64,000 nt of DNA, from positions 1 to 64,000 of the forward strand of contig CAXXFK010000035.1 of assembly GCA_963663965.2 (NCBI GenBank), written 5' to 3'. Positions 17,514 to 27,744 of this stretch are shown piece after piece. Made by a program: the position numbers and the translations under genes. The notes under the pieces were generated by a model that worked only from the letters and a program-made list of their open reading frames with translations, searched no databases and was not told the DNA's origin. Within the stretch, counting starts at the first letter, position 1. Every line of letters starts with the position of its first letter. This stretch comes from Sedimentisphaerales bacterium (lineage in GTDB: Bacteria > Planctomycetota > Phycisphaerae > Sedimentisphaerales > SM23-30).

Positions 17514-18398
17514 ATGAAAAGCATGCCCCGTTTTGGAGTCCATTGTTCTATCGCAGGAGGTTTACACAAGGCTCTTACAGAAGGCCAAGAACTTGGATGT
17601 AAATCCATCCAGTTATTTGTCGCTAATCAGCGCCAGTGGAAACATCCGCCTCTCACAGACCAACAAATTTTGACATTCAAAACCACCCGGGAGGAGACCG
17701 GAATTGATCCCATTGTCGCCCACAGCAGCTATTTAATCAATCTGGGCGCCACTGTCCCTGACACGTATCAAAAAAGCCTGATTGCACTGGCGGATGAACT
17801 GGATCGTTGCGACCGGCTTGGGATTGAATATCTGGTTATGCATCCTGGTTCCCATCTGGGGCAAGGAGTAAAAGCAGGTATTTCTCAAATCGCTCAATCA
17901 TTGGCAAACGTGTTGAATCAAATCCAGCCGGAAAACACCATCATTCTACTTGAAACGACTGCAGGGCAGGGAACCAATCTTGGCTATCGTTTCGAACAAC
18001 TGGCGGAAATAATAAATCAAACCGGAATGGAAGATTATTTGGGCGTCTGTCTTGACACGTGTCACATATTTGCCGCTGGATACGATTTTAGTACACCCCA
18101 AAAATGTGGAGAAGTTTTTGGGGCCTTCGATTCAACGATAGGATTGAATCGCCTCAAGGTTATTCATGTTAATGACTCAAAAACAGAGTTTGGCCAGAAC
18201 AAGGATCGACATGAACATATTGGTCAGGGGAAAATTGGGACTAAAGCATTAAGCTATTTATTAAAACAATCTGAGCCTATGGATTTGACTTATATCCTTG
18301 AGACCCCCAAAGACGTAACCCCTGATGGGATAAATTACGATCGAATCAATTTGGAACTATTGAGAAAACTGTTCAAATCAGCAAAGAAAAGCTCATAA
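17514..18398 (+). CDS. nfo: Endonuclease IV (AP endonuclease 2)
   Basis: HSSYLINL, HPGS, LETTAGQG, CLDTCH, HVNDSK, DRHEHIG, ETP. Confidence 0.96.
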   Translation: MKSMPRFGVHCSIAGGLHKALTEGQELGCKSIQLFVANQRQWKHPPLTDQQILTFKTTREETGIDPIVAHSSYLINLGATVPDTYQKSLIALADELDRCDRLGIEYLVMHPGSHLGQGVKAGISQIAQSLANVLNQIQPENTIILLETTAGQGTNLGYRFEQLAEIINQTGMEDYLGVCLDTCHIFAAGYDFSTPQKCGEVFGAFDSTIGLNRLKVIHVNDSKTEFGQNKDRHEHIGQGKIGTKALSYLLKQSEPMDLTYILETPKDVTPDGINYDRINLELLRKLFKSAKKSS

Positions 18399-18461
18399 AT
18401 GTTTTGCTGGTTATTTCCCAGGTCAGCCGAGTCTGATAAGATTCGTTTCATCTGATTGGCA

Positions 18462-20343
18462 ATCGATTAGGCGGGGGCATTGCGGCCCCGGCCTCTCACA
18501 CCACCGGGCATACGGTTCCGTACCACGGCGGTTCATTTTAGCCAATCCGGCTTACCTGTCAATTCTGCAAGTGTCACTAAGTTAAGATTAGCAAAGTACG
18601 ACTTGGGGAAAGCGGCGTTCATGTGACCGGCTCCGGAGTTCCACCATGGCCCCCTGCCATTATAGGCAGACAGCGAAGCTCTTTCTTCCGATAAGCCTCG
18701 TCGCATCAGCATCTTACGCCTTGTCCACGGTCTTTTACTCTGTCGCCATTTCATGCACCGCAGCCGCCGTCGAATCCATCCGTCCAGATCTTTAAACACC
18801 AATTTAACCTCACTCTGTCGATAATATTGTCCCCAACCCCGTACCACGGGATTCAGGTCCAGACTTATAAACTTCGCCAGATTTCGGCCTCTACCTATAC
18901 GCATCAGCCTCTTTACCTTGGCCTTGAAACGTTTAACGGATTCCTTGGGGGGTTTCAGTTTCGCTTCACGGTTGATGGTAAAACTATACCCCAGAAAACT
19001 TCGGTTCCAGGGACGATCCACCGCACTTTTGGCATCGTTGAGCTTCAGTTTCAGGACGTTGCTCAGGAATCCTTTGATGGAGGCCAGAACCCGTTCGCCT
19101 GCCACTTTACTGCGGACATAGATGTTACAGTCATCCGCATAACGCACAAATTGATGGCCGCGCCTTTCCAGTTCCTTATCCAGGGTATCCAGCATAATGT
19201 TGGATAGCAACGGACTGAGAGGACCGCCCTGCGGTGTGCCTTTAACGGCCGGAGAGACCACCCCGCCTTCCAGAACACCCGCTTGCAAATAGCGTCGGAT
19301 GACGCCCAGTATACGCTTGTCCTTGACCTGACGGGCGATTTTCGCCATCAGGATGTCATGATTGACATTGTCAAAGAACTTCTCCAAGTCCATATCCACC
19401 ACCCAGCGGTGACCCTGATTGATATGGTGACGGGACTGGCACAAGGCCATGTGCGTGGAACGGTTGGGACGAAAACCATAGCTGGAGTCCGAAAACTCCC
19501 GCTCGAAAATCGGCTGGAGTACCTGGTGAAGCGCCTGCTGAATCAGGCGGTCGGTCACCGTCGGGATCCCAGGCTTACGGGTTCCGCCTTTGGGTTTGGG
19601 GATCTCTACCCGCCTGACCGGCTGGGGCTGATAGCGCCCGGCCAGCAGCTGCTGCTTGATGAGAGGCCATTGGGTTCTCAGGACTTGGGCTGTCTGGTCG
19701 ATGCTCAGGCCATCGATTCCCGCAGCGCCTTTATTCGCCTTAACCCGCTGCCATGCCTTCTGCATATTGGCAGGTTCGACCACTTGCTCCATTGAGCAGG
19801 ATGCGGTGTCGCTGATTGGTGTTGGGGCAGTTGCTGACACTTGACGCACCGAGGGCTTATCTGGGCGGTTCCGCCGCCGGCCTCCACCCTCGGCATGAGG
19901 TTCTCTCATCTGCTGCTTCTCCATGTCGGTAAGCTCCAATCTAATCAGCCACGGCTGAAATGTTCAGGCCTTCGGTCTGGTCGAACTTGCAGACCTACTA
20001 TGCCTTCTGCTGACTTCTGTATGCCCATCCCATTACCTCTTGATAATGGTAGCCGGTGGCAAACATACAGATCTCCCCGGGTAATGCACACCTGCCTTCC
20101 TGTTTATGCCCGCCGTATATACGGCCATGCCTTCCGGGCAGCTTTGGGACTTCGAAGATAATGGCCTTCTCATCCGGCATGACCGCCTCGTATACGATTC
20201 CTGTTCGTCGGGCCAACAGTTTGCCTGCGGCTTCCTTCAGACCCCACCTCACGGTGGCAGCCCTTGCCGTCCGGCTAATGGTTCCCGCTACCGGGCCCAT
20301 AGAGGACTTGCACCTCCAAGCAGGTGTGCCCTGCCGGGCACAC
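18462..20343 (-). mobile_element. Group II intron, bacterial class C (IIC), full length
   Basis: 5' GTGTG at 20343; domain V GAACCGCCGTGGTACGGAACCGTATGCCCGGTGGTG with CGC triad; domain VI ending CGAT at 18462; located about 8 nt after a terminator stem. Confidence 0.92.
18533..19939 (-). CDS. ltrA: Group II intron reverse transcriptase/maturase, no endonuclease domain
   Basis: GIDG, GIPTVTDR, SYGFRP, DLEKFFD, GTPQGGPLSPLL, YADD, FLGY, X domain. Confidence 0.96.
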   Translation of the reverse strand: MELTDMEKQQMREPHAEGGGRRRNRPDKPSVRQVSATAPTPISDTASCSMEQVVEPANMQKAWQRVKANKGAAGIDGLSIDQTAQVLRTQWPLIKQQLLAGRYQPQPVRRVEIPKPKGGTRKPGIPTVTDRLIQQALHQVLQPIFEREFSDSSYGFRPNRSTHMALCQSRHHINQGHRWVVDMDLEKFFDNVNHDILMAKIARQVKDKRILGVIRRYLQAGVLEGGVVSPAVKGTPQGGPLSPLLSNIMLDTLDKELERRGHQFVRYADDCNIYVRSKVAGERVLASIKGFLSNVLKLKLNDAKSAVDRPWNRSFLGYSFTINREAKLKPPKESVKRFKAKVKRLMRIGRGRNLAKFISLDLNPVVRGWGQYYRQSEVKLVFKDLDGWIRRRLRCMKWRQSKRPWTRRKMLMRRGLSEERASLSAYNGRGPWWNSGAGHMNAAFPKSYFANLNLVTLAELTGKPDWLK

Positions 20344-20348
20344 CAATT

Positions 20349-20385
20349 AAAAAGGTTCGACTGACAACAAAGTCAGCCGAACCTT
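20349..20385 (-). terminator. Intrinsic terminator that is the intron target site
   Basis: AAGGTTCGGCTGAC-TTTGTT-GTCAGTCGAACCTTTTT on the minus strand. Confidence 0.85.
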
Positions 20386-20433
20386 GATCCATTTGGAGAC
20401 CAAACAGACTGTATGGAAGAAGTTGTTAGTGTC

Positions 20434-21891
20434 TTATTTGAACAGCAAGAAGAGGGCTGTTGAAACCATAGAAATCATCAGGGTTACTACGGCTACCACT
20501 CCAAGCGTGTCATTGGTTTCATCAGGTACAAACTGCAACGATCGATTGGCCATATCAAGGGATTTCAGAACCGCCTGTTGGGGACGATTGAAATGGGCGT
20601 AAGCTTGCTCTTTTTCGCGTTGATTACCGCTTTTTTCAGATTCACCTTCGCCAGTTTCAGAACGAGATTGTTCGGCCTGTTCAAGTTCGGCCATTACCAG
20701 GCGATCTTCTTCACTTAATTCACTTGTCGTATCGGATGGCAACTCGGGTAACTCATCCAAATCTGGCATGTTCTCCTGCTCCTGGGTCACAGGCTCGATA
20801 TCAGTTAGCAAGTCATCTGAAACGAAATTTTCTTCATTATCAGACTCTAAGTCACTTTTCGCTGATGTGTTATCATTTGATTCTTCTACCATGGATACCG
20901 ATTGCATATCCGAGAGAATCTCCTGGTCTGATTCGGTTTGAGAGTCGGCCGTCACCTTTTCATTTGCATCAGCCTCATCAGAAGTCACTAAATCCCCTTC
21001 ATCCAAATATTGGCTATCTTCCTGCAACTGCATAAGAAGATCATCAATTTTATTTGGCAGATTTTCAGAACTGCTATCAGCACCAGACTCCGTCTCTAGA
21101 AAGACTTCATCAATGGTCTCTTGCTGATCAATAATCTCAGTTTGACCACCTGATTGGGCGATTGCGTCCCCAGAAGAAGATATGCTATCCGCTTGAATTT
21201 CGTCATCTTTCGTCTGGCCAATCTGCTCAAGCAGATTTTCCAGAGATTCATCTTGCGCCTGCTCATTAACATTAGCTTCTATCTGATTATCTATCTCATC
21301 AGCCGAATCATTCTGACCAAATTGTTCTAAAAGATCGTCTATTGACTCACCAGTGTCCGGCAGTATTTCTTCTGGCGAACTCTGAACCTTTTGAGACGAT
21401 TTAGGTTGCGACAGATTCTTATTAAGGCCTTCTAATTCAAACGCCAGTTCAGCAAGTATATCATCAGGATTTTGTTCTTTTTCAACCACGCCTACATTAG
21501 CCACATCGGCCGAATCCAGTGGTTCAGACCGATCATCGGAAGCTGGTACTATTTTTTCGGTTTCCAACTGAGATTCTGATAAAGCGATCTGATTCTCATC
21601 GACAGCAATACTAGATTCTCCTGATTCAATCATTTCTTCCTGTTGAATTTGCTGCTGAAGAGTCCCGAGTTCCCGCTCCAGGTCGTCTAAAGTCGAATCC
21701 AATTGTTCAGAATCAGCTATCGAACCCTGATCGGCAATGCTGGCATGATCAGGAGCTTCGATCTGATCATCGCTCAGTTCCGATTCTAATTGATCCATCG
21801 ATTGAGAGGCAAGCGCCAACAATTCCTCAATGCTTTCCTGAGACATGTTATCGTCTTCGGTTGGAACCTGATTCTGTTTTGTATTTTCCAT
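20434..21891 (-). CDS. Highly acidic low-complexity protein with a single C-terminal TM helix
   Basis: D/E/S/Q-rich with recurrent (D/E)xLL motifs and a terminal hydrophobic helix. Confidence 0.8.
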   Translation of the reverse strand: MENTKQNQVPTEDDNMSQESIEELLALASQSMDQLESELSDDQIEAPDHASIADQGSIADSEQLDSTLDDLERELGTLQQQIQQEEMIESGESSIAVDENQIALSESQLETEKIVPASDDRSEPLDSADVANVGVVEKEQNPDDILAELAFELEGLNKNLSQPKSSQKVQSSPEEILPDTGESIDDLLEQFGQNDSADEIDNQIEANVNEQAQDESLENLLEQIGQTKDDEIQADSISSSGDAIAQSGGQTEIIDQQETIDEVFLETESGADSSSENLPNKIDDLLMQLQEDSQYLDEGDLVTSDEADANEKVTADSQTESDQEILSDMQSVSMVEESNDNTSAKSDLESDNEENFVSDDLLTDIEPVTQEQENMPDLDELPELPSDTTSELSEEDRLVMAELEQAEQSRSETGEGESEKSGNQREKEQAYAHFNRPQQAVLKSLDMANRSLQFVPDETNDTLGVVAVVTLMISMVSTALFLLFK

Positions 21892-22012
21892 CTAACTCTC
21901 ACAAAATTACACTAGCCGGAAGTATCCGGTTATGTTAGTTTTATCGACAGAAACAACTGTAATTTGAATAAAAGTTGAGAAATTAAGTTATTTTTTAAGG
22001 TAAGATACAGTT

Positions 22013-22834
22013 ATGGGACTTAATAGATACTATTATCAACCGATAAGTTATGGATTACATGAGGTTATCGGTCCAGAGATGCTTCATATGACCAGGGTGA
22101 TGAGACAGAAATCGGGGGATAAGATTGAATTATTTGATGGTCGGGGAACACTGGCTCAGGCCCATATATTAAAAGTTGGACATAAAGGCGTTGAAATCGA
22201 GATCCAGGATATTGATCATTTCTCAAGACCTCAAACGCCAACCATTCACCTGTTGGTGAGTATGGCGAAAAATGACCGGTTCGATTGGCTGCTCAGTAAA
22301 AGCAGTGAACTGGGAGTAGATCGGATTACCCCGATACTGTATGAAAGAACCGTCAAACAATCAACGAATCCTAAATCCCATCTGAGACATCAGGAGCTAG
22401 CGATTGCCGCCGCTAAACAATGTAAGCGATTGTTTTTGCCTACAATCGATCCGGCAACCGAATTTAAAAATACTTTATTACATGGGAACCCTAAACAAGG
22501 CACACAACTTCTTTATGGCCATTGCGGGCCACATACCAGGCCGATTAGTGAATTGGTCCCACCTACCCAAAATATGGTGATTGCCATAGGACCAGAGGGT
22601 GGTTTCACGGACTCCGAGTTAATCGTTTTAAAAGCTTCCGGTGGAATTCCGGTCAGACTTACTAAAACCATACTAAGAATTGAAACAGCAGCGATCGCAT
22701 TTACGGCAATATTTGCGGTGTTCAGGGATGCTCAATCCGATAACACGAAACAGCCTGGTGAGCCATTCTTGCCGGTTCCGGAAGCCGGAAACGCAGGGAT
22801 GAGTCCAGAACCAACTGAACTGCCTGAGAGATAG
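22013..22834 (+). CDS. rsmE: 16S rRNA m3U1498 methyltransferase RsmE
   Basis: HMTRVMR, ELGV, AAKQCKR, IGPEGGF, ILRIETA. Confidence 0.93.
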   Translation: MGLNRYYYQPISYGLHEVIGPEMLHMTRVMRQKSGDKIELFDGRGTLAQAHILKVGHKGVEIEIQDIDHFSRPQTPTIHLLVSMAKNDRFDWLLSKSSELGVDRITPILYERTVKQSTNPKSHLRHQELAIAAAKQCKRLFLPTIDPATEFKNTLLHGNPKQGTQLLYGHCGPHTRPISELVPPTQNMVIAIGPEGGFTDSELIVLKASGGIPVRLTKTILRIETAAIAFTAIFAVFRDAQSDNTKQPGEPFLPVPEAGNAGMSPEPTELPER

Positions 22835-23405
22835 TTATCAGATGCCCAATTGAGACAAAAACCGGTTTAACATTAGATCGGGTACGTAATACACAGCCGA
22901 TTTCTTCATCTTTGTCAATCAATGTCGTTCGACATCCTTTTTCCTTACCGGGTTCCTGATAATCACCAATCAAACAACTTTTGGCACAACCAACAGTGGG
23001 GGTATTGAGAATCAGGCCGGCATGACACGCCAGTCCTAAACGACGGGGATGAGCCAAACCCTGACCGTCAAACAAAAATACGTCCGGCCAGATTTTCAAC
23101 AAGGCCGCCGCCTGCAGACAAACAGGAACCTCACGAAATGACAATAAACCCGGGACATAAGGAAACGTTAACCGAGACTGGACGCAGACTTGATCTACCA
23201 AATGAAATTTGTCATCCACTTTTTCTAAAACCACAATACCCGCAATGATATATTGTTCATCTCGACTTATCGAGCAATCGACCCCAGCCAGTCGTTTCGG
23301 AGGATAATTCATTGGACATATTTTTATCCGGCTTTGAAGTTCAATCTGAATCTGGCGAGCCTGTGCTGCAGTAATATCCCAGTCATGGAGTTGCTTAAAA
23401 TGCAT
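22722..23405 (-). CDS. nfi: Endonuclease V
   Basis: AGVD, FPYVPGLLSFRE, DGQGLAHPRRLGLACH, GCAKS, PVFVSIGH, RLPEP. Confidence 0.96.
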   Translation of the reverse strand: MHFKQLHDWDITAAQARQIQIELQSRIKICPMNYPPKRLAGVDCSISRDEQYIIAGIVVLEKVDDKFHLVDQVCVQSRLTFPYVPGLLSFREVPVCLQAAALLKIWPDVFLFDGQGLAHPRRLGLACHAGLILNTPTVGCAKSCLIGDYQEPGKEKGCRTTLIDKDEEIGCVLRTRSNVKPVFVSIGHLITISQAVQLVLDSSLRFRLPEPARMAHQAVSCYRIEHP

Positions 23406-23667
23406 TCTTTACTGATAATATATAAAGTGATTAACGCTGAAATGGATTTACAATCAAAATACGTCAGATCGAACTTAGTGACCGTAAATAAATAACACCT
23501 TCATTTCTCATCCCATCTTGCCGCCATCTTCAGCCGCTTCTCAATCGCGAAATCCTCGACATAGCACAGCACTGCCTGCGGTTTCGCTCAATCGGCGCAA
23601 CTGAATCTGACGACAATCTGTGCGATAACTGCAGCATTTATTTATATACGGCCCCTTACTTGATATA

Positions 23668-24897
23668 TTAAGGGTAAAACATATCAAAGAGATTGGAAAA
23701 ATCAGCTTTTTCAGGGATACCTGTTTCTGTCAGAGTCTCATTCAAAAATCCCATATCCTGACCATTATAAGATTTGATTCGTAATTCAGGCGTACTGTTC
23801 AGCAAAGCGGGTTTGGTTTTGTCAGGCGGCACCGGATCACCCAACTCATCAAATGCAAGTACAACCTCAGGGTGAAAGGTATTCCTGGGATTTTGCTTAA
23901 GAACCACAGCCCATTTCCCATTTACTAAAAGCAGTTTAGCGCCAATTGGAAACGGATGAACCAGATTAGCAAATACTTTAAGAATGATCGGATCATAACA
24001 GCGTTTATAAGCGCCATAAACCATTTCATGAATGACCATGGCTGGACTTTTTTTTCTTTGATACGCTTTATCGGCAATGGCGGCGCTATAGGCATCTGCA
24101 ACTCGAACAATACGGGCAAATATTGCGGTTTTTTCACCAGTCAAACCTTCCGGATAGCCAGAGCCATCAAAGTTTTCATGGTGCTGTTGAATAACTAGTC
24201 GAGTCATCGCATCAGCAAGATCGGCAAGCATTTTCACGCCCTGAACCGGATGTTGACGAACTTGTTGAATTTCATCCGGAGTTAAAACTTCTTTTTTATT
24301 TATAAGATCAAATATTGAAACCAAACCGATATCATGAAACATGGCAGCCAATCCCAAAGACGCCAGGTTCATTGAATTGTGAACTTGTTTAGCATGAGTC
24401 AGACGTTCCCGTTCATTTTTGATATAATTACGAATCGTATTACCAATAATCATACTTAAATAAAAAACATTAGCCGCATGCTCCTGAAGGTAATTGTCCC
24501 ATTTACCACTTTGCTCAAGCAGAACGGTTGTAACAGGATTAGCCTGGATGAACTCCATCATCTCCGTAACAGCCTTTTTCATCCCGGTAATACTCTTAGC
24601 GTCCAGGCTGGCACCATCACGGAGAGGACCTGACACTTTTTGTACCATCGTCGAGACATTGTGCCTGATCTGACGTGAGATTCGTGCGGCCTCTTCAGTA
24701 TTATCAAATTCGAATTTTTCATCCAGAAGGGGATTGCCAATTGAAATGTCGGCATCCGGCATAATGCGTTTGATGGCACTGATATCCTGCTCAGAAATAA
24801 CGTGCCCGGCCGGACGCAATAAGCTATATTCATTCATTAAATTGCCGGCTAATTTCATACCGGGCTCAAGTTCGTCAACTTTCAGTATAATGGGCAT
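23668..24897 (-). CDS. HD-GYP domain protein (c-di-GMP phosphodiesterase-like)
   Basis: FHDIG, HHENFDGSGYPEGL, VADAY. Confidence 0.9.
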   Translation of the reverse strand: MPIILKVDELEPGMKLAGNLMNEYSLLRPAGHVISEQDISAIKRIMPDADISIGNPLLDEKFEFDNTEEAARISRQIRHNVSTMVQKVSGPLRDGASLDAKSITGMKKAVTEMMEFIQANPVTTVLLEQSGKWDNYLQEHAANVFYLSMIIGNTIRNYIKNERERLTHAKQVHNSMNLASLGLAAMFHDIGLVSIFDLINKKEVLTPDEIQQVRQHPVQGVKMLADLADAMTRLVIQQHHENFDGSGYPEGLTGEKTAIFARIVRVADAYSAAIADKAYQRKKSPAMVIHEMVYGAYKRCYDPIILKVFANLVHPFPIGAKLLLVNGKWAVVLKQNPRNTFHPEVVLAFDELGDPVPPDKTKPALLNSTPELRIKSYNGQDMGFLNETLTETGIPEKADFSNLFDMFYP

Positions 24898-24988
24898 AAA
24901 AAATATTTATTCTACTATCAACAATAAATCGCTGTTAGCCAGATATTCCAATTACTGCAAAAAAAATACTTACGTATTTTCAGAATGG

Positions 24989-27094
24989 TTACTCTTTGGG
25001 TTTTTCATCTTGGTCATATAGATCGTCCAGATCATCGTCCACTAGCCATTCATCCTCCTCTTCCTCATCAAAATCATAGTAGTTACTATCTTTATTCTCA
25101 CTACGTTCGGTCTTTTCGATTGTCTGGGAGTTATCTTCTTTATTCTCTTCATGCAACCGTTGCTGTTCACGCGAAAGCAAATCGCTCACTGTCGGTCTGT
25201 CGATTGTCTTGCCATCAATAATCAGTCGGACTTCCTCACCATCCAGAGTTTCATATTTTTTCAGCGCATCCGCTAATTGGCGTATGACTTCTGTATGCTT
25301 CTCGAGAAGTTCGCGTACATCAGAATAAGCTTGATCGATAATCACCTTAACTTCGGAATCGATAACCTGAGCTGTTTGTTCGGAGAAATCTTTTGTCAAG
25401 CCAAAGTCTGGATATCCCGATGCGGCCATATCCGGGCCATAATGAATAAATCCCAGACGATCACTCATCCCCCATTCCATAACCATCTTACGAGCAAATC
25501 CTGTTGCCTGCATGATATCGCTCTGTGCGCCACTGGTAATATCCTCACAGAACAGTTCCTCAGCGATACGCCCCCCCAGACAAATTCGAATAAATGACAA
25601 ACAGAATTTACGGGAGTAGTAAAATCGGTCTTTTTCGGGCAGCGAGAAGGTCGCCCCCCCCATATTGCCTCGTGGAATAATCGAAACTTTATGGACAGGA
25701 TCGGCATCTTTAATTAATGATTGAACCAGCGCATGCCCGGCCTCATGAAAAGCGGTCAGAGTGGTATCTTTCTCGTCAATGACACGACTGCGTTTAGCTC
25801 GCCCCCAGCGGACCTTGTCCCGAGCTTCTTCCAGATCACACATCTCAATATAATCTTTTTCCTGCATGGTGGCGCTGAGCGCCGCTTCATTTATGATGGC
25901 TTCGAGATCCGCACCACTGAACATGGAAGTGCCCCGCGCAAGTTTTTTCAAATCCACATCCGGACCGGCCTTGACTTTTCGGGCATGAACCCGCAGAATT
26001 TCGAGGCGCCCCTTGATATCGGGCAATGGCACATAAACCTGACGGTCAAAACGACCCGGCCGCGTAAGCGCGTTATCGAGCACATCAGCCCGGTTCGTAG
26101 CCGCGATAACAATCACCTGATCATTGGTACTAAAACCATCCATTTCAACCAGAATGGCATTAAGTGTTTGTTCACGCTCGTCATGTCCACCACCGGCCAC
26201 TCCCATGCCGCGTTTGCGTCCGACTGCGTCAATTTCATCCAGAAAAATGATACACGGCGAATTATCTTTGGCCTGTTTAAACAGATCTCGTACCCGGGAC
26301 GCCCCAACGCCGACAAACATCTCGACAAAATCGCTACCGGATATACTGAAGAACGGCACATCGGCTTCGCCGGCAATGGCTTTGGCCAGAAGGGTTTTAC
26401 CACAACCGGGCTCTCCTATCAGAAGTACTCCGCGAGGTATACGGCCGCCAAGGCGCTGGAATTTTTTGGGATTTTTCAGAAACTGAATGATCTCCTGCAC
26501 TTCATCTTTCGCTTCATCAATCCCGGCAACATCTTCAAATGTCACTTTGGATTGTTCTCGACTATGAACCCGATGGCGACTACGACCAAAATTTCCAAGC
26601 AAACCTCCCCCGCCGGCTTTAAATTGCCGGAATACAAAAAAATACATAAATGCAAAAATCAAAATCCAGGGGATGATACCAATCAGAATTTCAACCAGGA
26701 TATTGGGGGATTCAAAATGGACTTTGACATCATTTTCATCCAAGACTTCATTAATCCATCCTTCTGAAGGGATACCGGGATGAATTTTTACCTTAAAAAC
26801 CTTGGAACTGCCAACCTCCTGACCTTCCAGATCTTTAAGTTCCCCCTTAATATAGGTGTCAAAAATCCAAACCTCCTTGACTTTACCGGAACGAACTTTA
26901 CCGAGAAAGTCCGAAAAATCGATGGTCTCTCTTGGGCCCTCCAGATTTCTAAGGCTGGTTATCAGCATGACTGCTAATAGTCCCAATATGGCCCAATGAA
27001 ACATGTTACGGGGATTTCGACCTCCAGGAAACTCTTTGCCGGGCGGTTGATTATCCTTACTATTGCGCTTAGGATTATTATCGTTTTCTGTCAT
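24989..27094 (-). CDS. ftsH: ATP-dependent zinc metalloprotease FtsH
   Basis: Two TMs, [28 protein letters not shown]. Confidence 0.98.
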   Translation of the reverse strand: MTENDNNPKRNSKDNQPPGKEFPGGRNPRNMFHWAILGLLAVMLITSLRNLEGPRETIDFSDFLGKVRSGKVKEVWIFDTYIKGELKDLEGQEVGSSKVFKVKIHPGIPSEGWINEVLDENDVKVHFESPNILVEILIGIIPWILIFAFMYFFVFRQFKAGGGGLLGNFGRSRHRVHSREQSKVTFEDVAGIDEAKDEVQEIIQFLKNPKKFQRLGGRIPRGVLLIGEPGCGKTLLAKAIAGEADVPFFSISGSDFVEMFVGVGASRVRDLFKQAKDNSPCIIFLDEIDAVGRKRGMGVAGGGHDEREQTLNAILVEMDGFSTNDQVIVIAATNRADVLDNALTRPGRFDRQVYVPLPDIKGRLEILRVHARKVKAGPDVDLKKLARGTSMFSGADLEAIINEAALSATMQEKDYIEMCDLEEARDKVRWGRAKRSRVIDEKDTTLTAFHEAGHALVQSLIKDADPVHKVSIIPRGNMGGATFSLPEKDRFYYSRKFCLSFIRICLGGRIAEELFCEDITSGAQSDIMQATGFARKMVMEWGMSDRLGFIHYGPDMAASGYPDFGLTKDFSEQTAQVIDSEVKVIIDQAYSDVRELLEKHTEVIRQLADALKKYETLDGEEVRLIIDGKTIDRPTVSDLLSREQQRLHEENKEDNSQTIEKTERSENKDSNYYDFDEEEEDEWLVDDDLDDLYDQDEKPKE

Positions 27095-27225
27095 TTTTAA
27101 TATCTACAGGTTTTTATAAACATAGGATTAATTAATGTTGTTGATTTAAGACATTTATCAACACTTAAAATCGAATAACTTCTTCTATATACGTTCAATA
27201 GAAAATTCTGTTCCGGAAACTAAAG

Positions 27226-27738
27226 CTACCAACTGGACTCCATAATTTCAACAATCTGGCGTGCCATATCGTTGGTTATCTGTTTAATGGCACTTTCGAT
27301 ACTTTCACCTGCAAGCGCCGGGTAATCGGCACTGAATTTAAATTTTCGATTTTCAACAAGAAATTCTCCGGATCGCAAATCTTTCCAGGAGACGTTAGCT
27401 GTCACTGTTATACGCTTGAGAGTCGGTCGATCCAGATCACGTTGCTGGGTAAGTACTCCTTCATCTACGTTACTCACTATACCATATAAAATCGTATCCG
27501 CCCGATTACGATCAGAAGAAAGCTGATATGGGGTTTGCATTTCGATCTGTCGGCATACCGCATGAGTAAGATCAAACTCAACCTGACGATAAAAGCTTTT
27601 TGATTCGAACATCTCAACATAAACAGTATGCACATCATCACGATATAGTGATCCGGCGGAATAACATCCACTCAGATAAAATATCGCGAGAAGTGAAATC
27701 GCAATCAAATAATTCAGTCTTATCATACGTGCTATCAT
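27226..27738 (-). CDS. lptE: LPS assembly lipoprotein LptE family
   Basis: Lipobox LSGC, TVYVEMFES, ADTILYG, ARQIVEIMESSW; next to bamD. Confidence 0.8.
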   Translation of the reverse strand: MIARMIRLNYLIAISLLAIFYLSGCYSAGSLYRDDVHTVYVEMFESKSFYRQVEFDLTHAVCRQIEMQTPYQLSSDRNRADTILYGIVSNVDEGVLTQQRDLDRPTLKRITVTANVSWKDLRSGEFLVENRKFKFSADYPALAGESIESAIKQITNDMARQIVEIMESSW

Positions 27739-27744
27739 TTGCTA

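Noticed and set aside
18421..18460. Hammerhead-like CTGATAAG next to the intron 3' exon, and a GTCAGCCGA 9-mer shared with 20372
   Set aside because: The core CUGANGA/GAAA is not satisfied, and group II introns make no target duplication; likely chance.
18533..19939. Retron, DGR or defence-type reverse transcriptase
   Set aside because: Group II intron boundaries, domains V/VI and a maturase X domain are present; no TR/VR pair or msr/msd was seen.
25571..25661. C7 and C8 tracts in ftsH as phase-variable sites
   Set aside because: They are in-frame Gly codons in a core gene; they show that 7-8-base runs arise from codon usage in this genome.
25721..26767. Long antisense or alternative-frame ORFs (e.g. 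25721..26767, 2884..3606, 49119..49892, 57008..57727, 1344..1865)
   Set aside because: They are shadows of well-supported genes on the opposite strand and have no recognisable motifs.
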